This document shows positions 1-12,000 of a stretch of 64,000 bases of DNA, one piece after another. Each line of letters starts with the position of its first letter. Position 1 is the first letter of the stretch. The DNA is taken from contig OZ024742.1 of assembly GCA_964016885.1 (NCBI GenBank), positions 168,392,001 through 168,456,000 on the forward strand, read 5' to 3'. The translations under genes and the position numbers were made by a program. The notes beneath the pieces were generated by a model, which searched no databases, was not told the origin of the DNA, and worked only from the letters and a program-made list of their open reading frames with translations. This stretch comes from Eledone cirrhosa (lineage: Eukaryota).

Positions 1-720
1 ACATTAAAACAGCATTTAAAAAATCCATTAAAAAAATCCATTTAATAAAATCCATTAAAAATCCATTAAAAATCCATTAAAAATCCATTAAAAATCCATT
101 AAAAATCCATTAAAAATCCATTAAAAAACCCATTTAAAAAAAATCCATTAAAAAAATCCATTAAAAAAATCCATTAAAAAAAGCCATTAAAAAAATCCAT
201 TTAAAAAAAGCCATTAAAAAAATCCATTAAAAAAAAATCCATTAAAAATCCATTAAAAAAATCCATTTAAAAAAATCCATTAAAAACCCATTAAAAATCC
301 ATTAAAAAATCCATTAAAAAACCCATTAAAAAAAATCCATTAGAAAAATCCATTTAAAAAATCCATTAAAAAAAAATCCATTTAAAAAACCCATTAAAAA
401 AAATCCATAAAAAAAATCCATTTAAAAAATCCATTTAAAAAATCCATTAAAAAAATCCATTTAAAAAATCCATAAAAAAAAACCATTAAAAAAAATCCAT
501 TAAAAAAAAATCCATTAAAAAAAATCCATTAAAAATCCATTAAAAAAAATCCATTTAAAAAAAATTCATTAAAAAATCCATTAAAAATCCATTAAAAATC
601 CATTTAAAAAAATCCATTTAAAAAATCCATTTAAAAAACCCATTACAAAAAATACATTAAAAAAAATCCATAAAAAAAAAAGCCATTAAAAAAAATCCAT
701 TAAAAAAAATCTATTAAAAA

Positions 721-850
721 TCCATTAAAAATCCATTAAAAATCCATTAAAAATCCATTAAAAATCCATTAAAAAGCCATTAAAAATCCATTAAAATCCA
801 TTAAAAATCCATTAAAAATCCATTAAAAATCCATTAAAAATCCATTAAAA
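721..850 (+). repeat. Near-perfect 11 bp (TCCATTAAAAA)n block
   Basis: About 12 consecutive A5 monomers, with one GCCATT and one A4 variant. The block recurs in HOR copies at about 6890, 11230, 19310, 26640, 33860, 40230, 46520, 53850 and 61050. Confidence 0.92.
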
Positions 851-1771
851 AATCCATTTAAAAAAATCCATTAAAAAATCCATTAAAAAATCCATTTAAA
901 AAATCCATTAAAAAAATCCATTAAAAAAAAATCCATTAAAAAAAAAATCCATTAAAAAAAATCAATTTAAAAAAATCCATTAAAAATCCATTAAAAAAAT
1001 CCATTTAAAAAAATCCATTAAAAACCCATTAAAAACCCATTAAAAATCCATTAAAAATCCATTTAAAAAACCCATTAAAAAAAATCCATTAAAAAAAATC
1101 CATTTAAAAAATCCATTAAAAAAAATCCATTAAAAAAACCCATTAAAAAAATCCATTAAAAAAATCCATTTAAAAAATCCATTAAAAAAAATTCATTAAA
1201 AAAAATCCATAAAAAAATCCATTAAAAAAATCCATTTAAAAAAATCCATTAAAAAAAATCCATTAAAAATCCATTAAAAAAATCCATTAAAAAAAATCCA
1301 TTAAAAAATCCATTAAAAAACCCATTAAAAATCCATTAAAAATCCATTAAAAATCCATTAAAAAATCCATTTAAAAAACCCATTAAAAAAATCCATTTAA
1401 AAAACCCATTAAAAAAAGCCATTAAAAAATCCATTTAAAAAATCCATTAAAAAAAATCCATTTAAAACAACCCATTAAAAAAAATCCATTAAAAAAAACC
1501 CATTAAAAAAAATCCATTTAAAAAAGCCATTAAAAAATCCATTAAAAATCCATTAAAAATCCATTTAAAAAACCCATTAAAAAATCCATTAAAAAAATCC
1601 ATTTAAAAAATCCATTAAAAAAAATCCATTTAAAAAAACCCATTAAAAAAATCCATTAAAAAAATCCATTTAAAAAATCCATTAAAAAAAATCCATTAAA
1701 AAAATCCATAAAAAAAATCCATTAAAAAAAATCCATTAAAAAAAAATCCGTTAAAAAAAATCCATTAAAAA

Positions 1772-1969
1772 CTCAATCAAAAACCCAATTAAAAGGCCAT
1801 AAAAGAAACATTAAAACAGCATTTAAAATACCATTAAAAACGCCATAAAAAATCATTAAAATTGTTTTTTATGAAATTTATAATATGGCTTTTAATGAAT
1901 TTTTTAATGGGCTTTTAGAATCATTAAAATCCCATTAAAAATACATTAAAGGCCCATTAAAAACGCCAT
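1772..1969 (+). repeat. ~200 bp interspersed cassette, T allele (11 copies)
   Basis: Sequence CTCAATCAAAAACCCAATTAAAAGGCC...TTGTTTTTTATGAAATTTATAATATGGCTTTTAATGAATTTTTTAATGGGCTTTTAG...GGCCCATTAAAAACGCCAT. The TTGTTTTTT motif starts at 1862, 8131, 12489, 14281, 20483, 22286, 27911, 41480, 47696, 49499 and 55111. Confidence 0.95.
1863..1918 (-). repeat. 56 bp inverted-orientation core of degenerate satellite monomers (present in all 31 cassettes)
   Basis: The reverse complement reads CTAAAAGCCCATTAAAAAATTCATTAAAAGCCATATTATAAATTTCATAAAAAACA, i.e. satellite-like CCATTAn units. It is flanked by the direct repeat AATCATTAAAAT at 1851-1862 and 1919-1930. Confidence 0.9.
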
Positions 1970-2003
1970 AAAAAATCCATTAAAAAAATCCATTAAAAAA
2001 AAA

Positions 2004-2050
2004 CTCAATCAAAAACACATAAAAGAAACATTAAAACAGCATTTAAAAAA
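2004..2050 (+). repeat. ~47 bp landmark (C/T)TCAATCAAAAAC(C/A)CATAAAAGAAACATTAAAACAGCATTTAAAAAA, a shortened relative of the cassette left arm
   Basis: It recurs several times per HOR (for example at 2004, 2780, 3500, 3668, 4522, 4844, 5401 and 6118) and throughout the window. Confidence 0.92.
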
Positions 2051-3266
2051 TCCATTAAAAATCCATTAAAAAAAAATCCATTAAAAAAATCCATTAAAAA
2101 TCCATTAAAAAAATCCATTTAAAAAAATCCATTAAAAAATCCATTAAAAACCCATTAAAAATCCATTAAAAATCCATTAAAAATCCATTAAAAAATCCAT
2201 TTAAAAAACCCATTAAAAAAATCCATTAAAAAATCCATTTAAAAATCCATTAAAAAAAATCCATTTAAAAAAACCCATTAAAAAAAATCCATTAAAAAAA
2301 TCCATTTAAAAAATCCATAAAAAAAAATCCATAAAAAAAATCCATTAAAAAAAATCCATTAAAAAAAAAATCCGTTAAAAAAAATCCATTAAAAATCCAT
2401 TAAAAATCCATTAAAAATCCATTAAAAATCCATTAAAAATCCATTAAAAATCCATTTAAAAAAATCCATTAAAAAAATCCATTAAAAAAATCCATTTAAA
2501 AAATCCATTAAAAAATATCCATTAAAAAAAAATCCATTAAAAAAAATCCATTAAAAAAAATCAATTTAAAAAAATCAATTAAAAATCCATTAAAAAAATC
2601 CATTTAAAAAAATCCATTAAAAACCCATTAAAAATCCATTAAAAATCCATTAAAAAATCCATTTAAAAAAACCATTAAAAAAAATCCATTAAAAAAATCC
2701 ATTTAAAAAATCCATTAAAAAAAAATCCATTAAAAAAATACATTTAAAAAATCCATTAAAAAAAATCCATTAAAAAAAACTCAATCAAAAACCCATAAAA
2801 GAAACATTAAAACAGCATTTAAAAAATCCATTAAAAATCCATTAAAAGAATCCATTTAAAAAATCCATTAAAAAATCCATTAAAAATCCATTAAAAATCC
2901 ATTAAAAAATCCATTTAAAAAAATCCATTAAAAAAATCCTTTAAAAAATCCATTAAAAAATCCATTTAAAAAATCCATTAAAAAAAATCCATTAAAAAAA
3001 ACCATTAAAAAATCCATTAAAAAAAATCCCATTAAAAATACATTAAAAATCCATTAAAAATCCATTAAAAAATCCATTAAAAATCCATTAAAAATCCATT
3101 AAAAATCCATTAAAAAATCCATTAAAAAAAATCCATTAAAAAAATCCATTAAAAAATCCATTTAAAAAATCCATTTAAAAAAATCCATTAAAAAAAATCC
3201 ATTAAAAAAAATCCATTAAAAAAAATCCATAAAAAAAAAAATCCGTTAAAAAAAATCCATTAAAAA

Positions 3267-3464
3267 CTCAATCAAACACCCAATTAAAAAGCCATAAAAG
3301 AAACATTAAAACAGCATTTAAAATACCATTAAAAACGCCATAAAAAATCATTAAAATTGTTTTTTATGAAATTTATAATATGGCTTTTAATGAACTTTTT
3401 AATGGGCTTTTAGAATCATTAAAATCCCATTAAAAATACATTAAAGGCCCATTAAAAACGCCAT
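3267..3464 (+). repeat. Cassette, C-long allele (9 copies)
   Basis: It has CAAACACCCAATT in the left arm, ATGAACTTTTT in the core and an intact right arm. TTGTTTTTT starts at 3357, 15787, 23727, 29417, 35194, 43000, 50940, 56617 and 62394. Confidence 0.94.
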
Positions 3465-5180
3465 AAAAAATCCATTAAAAAAAATCCATTAAAAAAAAAT
3501 TCAATCAAAAACCCATAAAAGAAACATTAAAACAGCATTTAAAAAACCCATTAAAAATTCATTAAAAAAATCCATTTAAAAAATCCATTAAAAATCCATT
3601 AAAAATCCATTAAAAATCCATTAAAAATCCATTAAAAATCCATTAAAAATAATCCATTAAAAAAAAATTCAATCAAAAACCCATAAAAGAAACATTAAAA
3701 CAGCATTTAAAAAATCCATTAAAAAAATCCATTTAAAAAAATCCATTAAAAAAGCCATTAAAAATCCATTAAAAATCCATTAAAAAAATCCATTAAAAAA
3801 AAATCCATTAAAAAAAATCCATTAAAAATCCATTAAAAAAATCCATTTAAAAAAATCCATTAAAAATCCATTAAAAACCCATTAAAAATCCATTAAAAAT
3901 CCATTAAAAATCCATTAAAAAATCCATTTAAAAAACCCATTAAAAAAATCCATTAAAAAATCCATTTAAAAATCCAGTAAAAAAAATCCATTTAAAAAAA
4001 CCCATTAAAAAAAATCCATTAAAAAAATCCATTTAAAAAATCCATAAAAAAAAATCCATAAAAAAAATCCATTAAAAAAAATCCATTAAAAAAAAAATCC
4101 GTTAAAAAAAATCCATTAAAAATCCATTAAAAATCCATTAAAAATCCATTAAAAATCCATTAAAAATCCATTTAAAAAAATCCATTAAAAAAATCCATTA
4201 AAAAAATCCATTTAAAAAATCCATTAAAAAAAATCCATTAAAAAAAAATCCATTAAAAAAAATCCATTAAAAAAATCAATTTAAAAAAATCCATTAAAAA
4301 TCCATTAAAAAAATCCATTTAAAAAAATCCATTAAAAACCCATTAAAAATCCATTAAAAATCCATTAAAAAATCCATTTAAAAAAACCATTAAAAAAAAT
4401 CCATTAAAAAAATCCATTTAAAAAATCCATTAAAAAAAATCCATTAAAAAAAACCCATTAAAAAAAATCCATTAAAAAAATCCATTTAAAAAATCCATTA
4501 AAAAAAATCCATTAAAAAAAACTCAATCAAAAACCCATAAAAGAAACATTAAAACAGCATTTAAAAAATCCATTAAAAATCCATTAAAAAAATCCATTTA
4601 AAAAATCCATTAAAAAATCCATTAAAAATCCATTAAAAATCCATTAAAAAATCCATTTAAAAAAATCCATTGAAAAAATCCATTTAAAAAATCCATTAAA
4701 AAATCCATTTAAAAAATCCATTAAAAAAAATCCATTAAAAAAAACCATTAAAAAATCCATTAAAAAAAATCCCATTAAAAATACATTAAAGGCCCATTAA
4801 AAACGCCATAAAAAATCCATTAAAAAAATCCATTAAAAAAAAACTCAATCAAAAACCCATAAAAGAAACATTAAAACAGCATTTAAAAAATCCATTAAAA
4901 AAATCCATTTAAAAAAATCCATTAAAAAATCCATTAAAAATCCATTAAAAATCCATTAAAAATCCATTAAAAATCCATTAAAAAATCCATTAAAAATCCA
5001 TTAAAAATCCATTAAAAATCCATTAAAAAATCCACTTAAAAAAATCCATTAAAAAAATCCATTAAAAAATCCATTTAAAAAATCCATTTAAAAAAATCCA
5101 TTAAAAAAAATCCATTAAAAAAAAATCCATTAAAAAAAATCCATTAAAAAAAAAATCCGTTAAAAAAAATCCATTAAAAA

Positions 5181-5365
5181 CTCAATCAAACACCCAATTA
5201 AAAGGCCATAAAAGAAACATTAAAACAGCATTTAAAATACCATTAAAAACGCCATAAAAAATCATTAAAATTGTTTTTTATGAAATTTATAATATGGCTT
5301 TTAATGAACTTTTTAATGGGCTTTTAGAATCATTAAAATCCCATTAAAAATACATTAAAGGCCAT
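5181..5365 (+). repeat. Cassette, C-short allele with 13 bp right-arm deletion (11 copies)
   Basis: AAAGGCCATAAAAAA replaces AAAGGCCCATTAAAAACGCCATAAAAAA. TTGTTTTTT starts at 5271, 17701, 25644, 31332, 32250, 37908, 38618, 44914, 52857, 58532 and 59450. Confidence 0.94.
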
Positions 5366-6007
5366 AAAAAATCCATTAAAAAAAATCCATTAAAAAAAAA
5401 TTCAATCAAAAACCCATAAAAGAAACATTAAAACAGCATTTAAAAAACCCATTAAAAATTCATTTAAAAAATCCATTTAAAAAATCCATTAAAAATCCAT
5501 TAAAAATCCATTAAAAATCCATTAAAAATCCATTAAAAATAATCCATTAAAAAAAAATTCAATCAAAAACCCATAAAAGAAACATTAAAACAGCATTTAA
5601 AAAATCCATTAAAAAAAATCCATTTAAAAAAATCCATTAAAAAAGCCATTAAAAATCCATTAAAAATCCATTTAAAAAAAATCCATTAAAAAAATCCATT
5701 AAAAATCCATTAAAAAAATCCATTTAAAAAAATCCATTAAAAAATCCATTAAAAATCCATTAAAAATCCATTAAAAAATCCATTTAAAAAACCCATTAAA
5801 AAAATCCATTTAAAAAATCCATTTAAAAAATCCATTAAAAAAAATCCATTTAAAAAAACCCATTAAAAAAAATCCATTAAGAAAATCCATTTAAAAAATC
5901 CATTAAAAAAAATCCATTAAAAAAAATCCATTAAAAAAAATCCATTAAAAAAAAATCCGTTAAAAAAAATCCATTAAAAAAAAATCCGTTAAAAAAATCC
6001 ATTAAAA

Positions 6008-6085
6008 GCTCAATCCCATTAAAAACGCCATAAAAATCATTAAAATCCAATTAAAGATACATTAAAGGCCCATTAAAAACGCCAT
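6008..6085 (+). repeat. 'Empty' cassette lacking the inverted core (9 copies)
   Basis: Sequence GCTCAATCCCATTAAAAACGCCATAAAAATCATTAAAATCCAATTAAAGATACATTAAAGGCCC, with a single AATCATTAAAAT at 6035-6046. The G of the GATAC marker is at 6056, 10421, 18483, 33035, 35818, 39403, 45696, 60235 and 63018. The 10421 copy differs in retaining a full left arm. Confidence 0.9.
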
Positions 6086-9000
6086 AAAAAATCCATTAAA
6101 AAAATCCATTAAAAAAACTCAATCAAAAACCCATAAAAGAAACATTAAAACAGCATTTAAAAAATCCATTAAAAATCCATTAAAAAAATCCATTTAATAA
6201 AATCCATTAAAAAATCCATTAAAAATCCATTAAAAATCCATTAAAAATCCATTAAAAATCCATTAAAAATCCATTAAAAAACCCATTTAAAAAAATCCAT
6301 TAAAAAAATCCATTAAAAAAAGCCATTAAAAAAAGCCATTAAAAAAATCCATTTAAAAAAAGCCATTAAAAAAATCCATTAAAAAAAAATCCATTAAAAA
6401 TCCATTAAAAAAATCCATTTAAAAAAATCCATTAAAAACCCATTAAAAATCCATTAAAAAATCCATTAAAAAACCCATTAAAAAAAATCCATTAGAAAAA
6501 TCCATTTAAAAAATCCATTAAAAAAAAATCCATTTAAAAAACCCATTAAAAAAAATCCATTAAAAAAATCCATTTAAAAAATCCATTAAAAAAATCCATT
6601 AAAAAAATCCATTTAAAAAATCCATAAAAAAAAACCATTAAAAAAAATCCATTAAAAAAAAATCCATTAAAAAAAATCCATTAAAAAAAATCCATTAAAA
6701 ATCCATTAAAAAAAATCCATTTAAAAAAAATTCATTAAAAAATCCATTAAAAATCCATTAAAAATCCATTTAAAAAAATCCATTTAAAAAATCCATTTAA
6801 AAAACCCATTACAAAAAATACATTAAAAAAAATCCATAAAAAAAAAAGCCATTAAAAAAAATCCATTAAAAAAAATCTATTAAAAATCCATTAAAAATCC
6901 ATTAAAAATCCATTAAAAATCCATTAAAAATCCATTAAAAATCCATTAAAAAGCCATTAAAAATCCATTAAAATCCATTAAAAATCCATTAAAAATCCAT
7001 TAAAAATCCATTAAAAATCCATTAAAAAATCCATTTAAAAAAATCCATTAAAAAATCCATTAAAAAATCCATTTAAAAAATCCATTAAAAAAATCCATTA
7101 AAAAAAAATACATTAAAAAAAAAATCCATTAAAAAAAATCAATTTAAAAAAATCCATTAAAAATCCATTAAAAAAATCCATTTAAAAAAATCCATTAAAA
7201 ACCCATTAAAAACCCATTAAAAATCCATTAAAAATCCATTTAAAAAACCCATTAAAAAAAATCCATTAAAAAAAATCCATTTAAAAAATCCATTAAAAAA
7301 AATCCATTAAAAAAACCCATTAAAAAAATCCATTAAAAAAATCCATTTAAAAAATCCATTAAAAAAAATTCATTAAAAAAAAATCCATAAAAAAATCCAT
7401 TAAAAAAATCCATTTAAAAAAATCCATTAAAAAAAATCCATTAAAAATCCATTAAAAAAATCCATTAAAAAAAATCCATTAAAAAATCCATTAAAAAACC
7501 CATTAAAAATCCATTAAAAATCCATTAAAAATCCATTTAAAAAACCCATTAAAAAAATCCATTTAAAAAACCCATTAAAAAAAGCCATTAAAAAATCCAT
7601 TTAAAAAATCCATTAAAAAAAATCCATTTAAAACAACCCATTAAAAAAAATCCATTAAAAAAAACCCATTAAAAAAAATCCATTAAAAAAATCCATTTAA
7701 AAAATCCATTAAAAAAAATCCATTAAAAAAAATCCATAAAAAAATCCATTAAAAAAATCCATTAAAAATCCATTAAAAAAAATCCATTTAAAAAAGCCAT
7801 TAAAAAATCCATTAAAAATCCATTAAAAATCCATTTAAAAAACCCATTAAAAAATCCATTAAAAAAATCCATTTAAAAAATCCATTAAAAAAAATCCATT
7901 TAAAAAAACCCATTAAAAAAATCCATTAAAAAATCCATTTAAAAAATCCATTAAAAAAAATCCATTAAAAAAATCCATAAAAAAAATCCATTAAAAAAAA
8001 TCCATTATAAAAAAATCCGTTAAAAAAAATCCATTAAAAACTCAATCAAAAACCCAATTAAAAGGCCATAAAAGAAACATTAAAACAGCATTTAAAATAC
8101 CATTAAAAACGCCATAAAAAATCATTAAAATTGTTTTTTATGAAATTTATAATATGGCTTTTAATGAATTTTTTAATGGGCTTTTAGAATCATTAAAATC
8201 CCATTAAAAATACATTAAAGGCCCATTAAAAACGCCATAAAAAATCCATTAAAAAAATCCATTAAAAAAAAACTCAATCAAAAACACATAAAAGAAACAT
8301 TAAAACAGCATTTAAAAAATCCATTAAAAATCCATTAAAAAAAAATCCATTAAAAAAATCCATTAAAAATCCATTAAAAAAATCCATTTAAAAAAATCCA
8401 TTAAAAAATCCATTAAAAACCCATTAAAAATCCATTAAAAATCCATTAAAAATCCATAAAAAAATCCATTTAAAAAACCCATTAAAAAAATCCATTAAAA
8501 AATCCATTTAAAAATCCATTTAAAAAAATCCATTTAAAAAAACCCATTAAAAAAAATCCATTAAAAAAATCCATTTAAAAAATCCATAAAAAAAAATCCA
8601 TAAAAAAAATCCATTAAAAAAAATCCATTAAAAAAAAATTCAATCAAAAACCCATAAAAGAAACATTAAAACAGCATTTAAAAAACCCATTAAAAATTCA
8701 TTAAAAAAATCCATTTAAAAAATCCATTAAAAATCCATTAAAAATCCATTAAAAATCCATTAAAAATCCATTAAAAATCCATTAAAAATAATCCATTAAA
8801 AAAAAATTCAATCAAAAACCCATAAAAGAAACATTAAAACAGCATTTAAAAAATCCATTAAAAAAATCCATTTAAAAAAATCCATTAAAAAAGCCATTAA
8901 AAATCCATTAAAAATCCATTAAAAAAATCCATTAAAAAAAAATCCATTAAAAAAAATCCATTAAAAATCCATTAAAAAAATCCATTTAAAAAAATCCATT

Positions 9001-12000
9001 AAAAATCCATTAAAAACCCATTAAAAATCCATTAAAAATCCATTAAAAATCCATTAAAAAATCCATTTAAAAAACCCATTAAAAAAATCCATTAAAAAAT
9101 CCATTTAAAAATCCAGTAAAAAAAATCCATTTAAAAAAACCCATTAAAAAAAATCCATTAAAAAAATCCATTTAAAAAATCCATAAAAAAAAATCCATAA
9201 AAAAAATCCATTAAAAAAAATCCATTAAAAAAAAAATCCGTTAAAAAAAATCCATTAAAAATCCATTAAAAATCCATTAAAAATCCATTAAAAATCCATT
9301 AAAAATCCATTTAAAAAAATCCATTAAAAAAATCCATTAAAAAAATCCATTTAAAAAATCCATTAAAAAAAATCCATTAAAAAAAAATCCATTAAAAAAA
9401 ATCCATTAAAAAAAATCAATTTAAAAAAATCCATTAAAAATCCATTAAAAAAATCCATTTAAAAAAATCCATTAAAAACCCATTAAAAATCCATTAAAAA
9501 TCCATTAAAAAATCCATTTAAAAAAACCATTAAAAAAAATCCATTAAAAAAATCCATTTAAAAAATCCATTAAAAAAAAATCCATTAAAAAAAACCCATT
9601 AAAAAAAATCCATTAAAAAAATCCATTTAAAAAATCCATTAAAAAAAATCCATTAAAAAAAACTCAATCAAAAACCCATAAAAGAAACATTAAAACAGCA
9701 TTTAAAAAATCCATTAAAAATCCATTAAAAAAATCCATTTAAAAAATCGATTAAAAAATCCATTAAAAATCCATTAAAAATCCATTAAAAAATCCATTTA
9801 AAAAAATCCATTAAAAAAATCCATTTAAAAAATCCATTAAAAAATCCATTTAAAAAATCCATTAAAAAAAATCCATTAAAAAAAACCATTAAAAAATCCA
9901 TTAAAAAAAATCCCATTAAAAATACATTAAAGGCCCATTAAAAACGCCATAAAAAATCCATTAAAAAAATCCATTAAAAAAAAACTCAATCAAAAACCCA
10001 TAAAAGAAACATTAAAACACCATTTAAAAAATCCATTAAAAAAATCCATTAAAAAAAATCCATTAAAAAATCCATTAAAAATCCATTAAAAATCCATTAA
10101 AAATCCATTAAAAATCCATTAAAAAATCCATTAAAAATCCATTAAAAATCCATTAAAAATCCATTAAAAAATCCATTTAAAAAAATCCATTAAAAAAATC
10201 CATTAAAAAATCCATTTAAAAAATCCATTTAAAAAAATCCATTAAAAAAAATCCATTAAAAAAAAATCCATTAAAAAAAATCCATTAAAAAAAAAATCCG
10301 TTAAAAAAAATCCATTAAAAACTCAATCAAACACCCAATTAAAAGGCCATAAAAGAAACATTAAAACAGCATTTAAAATACCATTAAAAACGCCATAAAA
10401 ATCATTAAAATCCAATTAAAGATACATTAAAGGCCCATTAAAAACGCCATAAAAAATCCATTAAAAATATCCATTAAAAAAACTCAATCAAAAACCCATA
10501 AAAGAAACATTAAAACAGCATTTAAAAAATCCATTAAAAATCCATTAAAAAAATCCATTTAATAAAATCCATTAAAAATCCATTAAAAATCCATTAAAAA
10601 TCCATTAAAAATCCATTAAAAATCCATTAAAAATCCATTAAAAAACCCATTTAAAAAAATCCATTAAAAAAATCCATTAAAAAAATCCATTAAAAAAAGC
10701 CATTAAAAAAATCCATTTAAAAAAAGCCATTAAAAAAATCCATAAAAAAAAAATCCATTAAAAATCCATTAAAAAAATCCATTTAAAAAAATCCATTAAA
10801 AACCCATTAAAAATCCATTAAAAGATCCATAAAAAAACCCATTAAAAAAAATCCATTAGAAAAATCCATTTAAAAAATCCATTAAAAAAAATCCATTTAA
10901 AAAACCCATTAAAAAAAATCCATTAAAAAAATCCATTTAAAAATCCATTTAAAAAATCCATTAAAAAAATCCATTTAAAAAATCCATAAAAAAAAACCAT
11001 TAAAAAAAATCCATTAAAAAAAAATCCATTAAAAAAAATCCATTAAAAAAAATCCATTAAAAATCCATTAAAAAAAATCCATTTAAAAAAAATTCATTAA
11101 AAAATCCATTAAAAATCCATTAAAAATCCATTTAAAAAATCCATTTAAAAAACCCATTACAAAAAATACATTAAAAAAAATCCATAAAAAAAAAAGCCAT
11201 TAAAAAAAATCCATTAAAAAAAATCTATTAAAAATCCATTAAAAATCCATTAAAAATCCATTAAAAATCCATTAAAAATCCATTAAAAATCCATTAAAAA
11301 GCCATTAAAAATCCATTAAAATCCATTAAAAATCCATTAAAAATCCATTAAAAATCCATTAAAAATCCATTAAAAAATCCATTTAAAAAAATCCATTAAA
11401 AAATCCATTAAAAAATCCATTTAAAAAATCCATTAAAAAAATCCATTTAAAAAAATCCATTAAAAAAAAATCCATTAAAAAAAATCAATTTAAAAAAATC
11501 CATTAAAAATCCATTAAAAAAATCCATTTAAAAAAATCCATTAAAAACCCATTAAAAACCCATTAAAAATCCATTAAAAATCCATTTAAAAAACCCATTA
11601 AAAAAAATCCATTAAAAAAAATCCATTTAAAAAATCCATTAAAAAAAATCCATTAAAAAAACCCATTAAAAAAATCCATTAAAAAAATCCATTTAAAAAA
11701 TCCATTAAAAAAAATTCATTAAAAAAAAATCCATAAAAAAATCCATTAAAAAAATCCATTTAAAAAAATCCATTAAAAAAAATCCATTAAAAATCCATTA
11801 AAAAAATCCATTAAAAAAAATCCATTAAAAAATCCATTAAAAAACCCATTAAAAATCCATTAAAAATCCATTAAAAATCCATTAAAAATCCATTTAAAAA
11901 ACCCATTAAAAAAATCCATTTAAAAAACCCATTAAAAAAAGCCATTAAAAAATCCATTTAAAAAATCCATTAAAAAAAATCCATTTAAAACAACCCATTA

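Larger units (their letters stand above)
343..6494 (+). repeat. One unit of the ~6.2 kb higher-order repeat (marker to marker)
   Basis: The rare variant CCATTAGAAA has its G at 343, 6495, 10859, 18922, 26253, 33474, 36257, 39842, 46135, 53466, 60674 and 63457. The first spacing is 6152 bp. This unit holds, in order, the T cassette, C-long cassette, C-short cassette and empty cassette. Confidence 0.9.

Noticed and set aside
721-850. Minus-strand mini-ORF chain ATG GAT TTT TAA (Met-Asp-Phe-stop) with overlapping TAATG stop-start
   Set aside because: It is an automatic consequence of the A5 monomer sequence, and there is no evidence of transcription or translation.
1875-1890. TATAAT/TATA-like promoter box in ATTTATAATATGG
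   Set aside because: Such a motif is expected by chance in very AT-rich DNA. There is no -35 element or downstream gene.
1851-1930. MITE or other mobile element with a 12 bp TSD
   Set aside because: The core has no terminal inverted repeats or poly-A tail and is itself inverted satellite. All copies share the same flanks, so they spread by array duplication rather than transposition.
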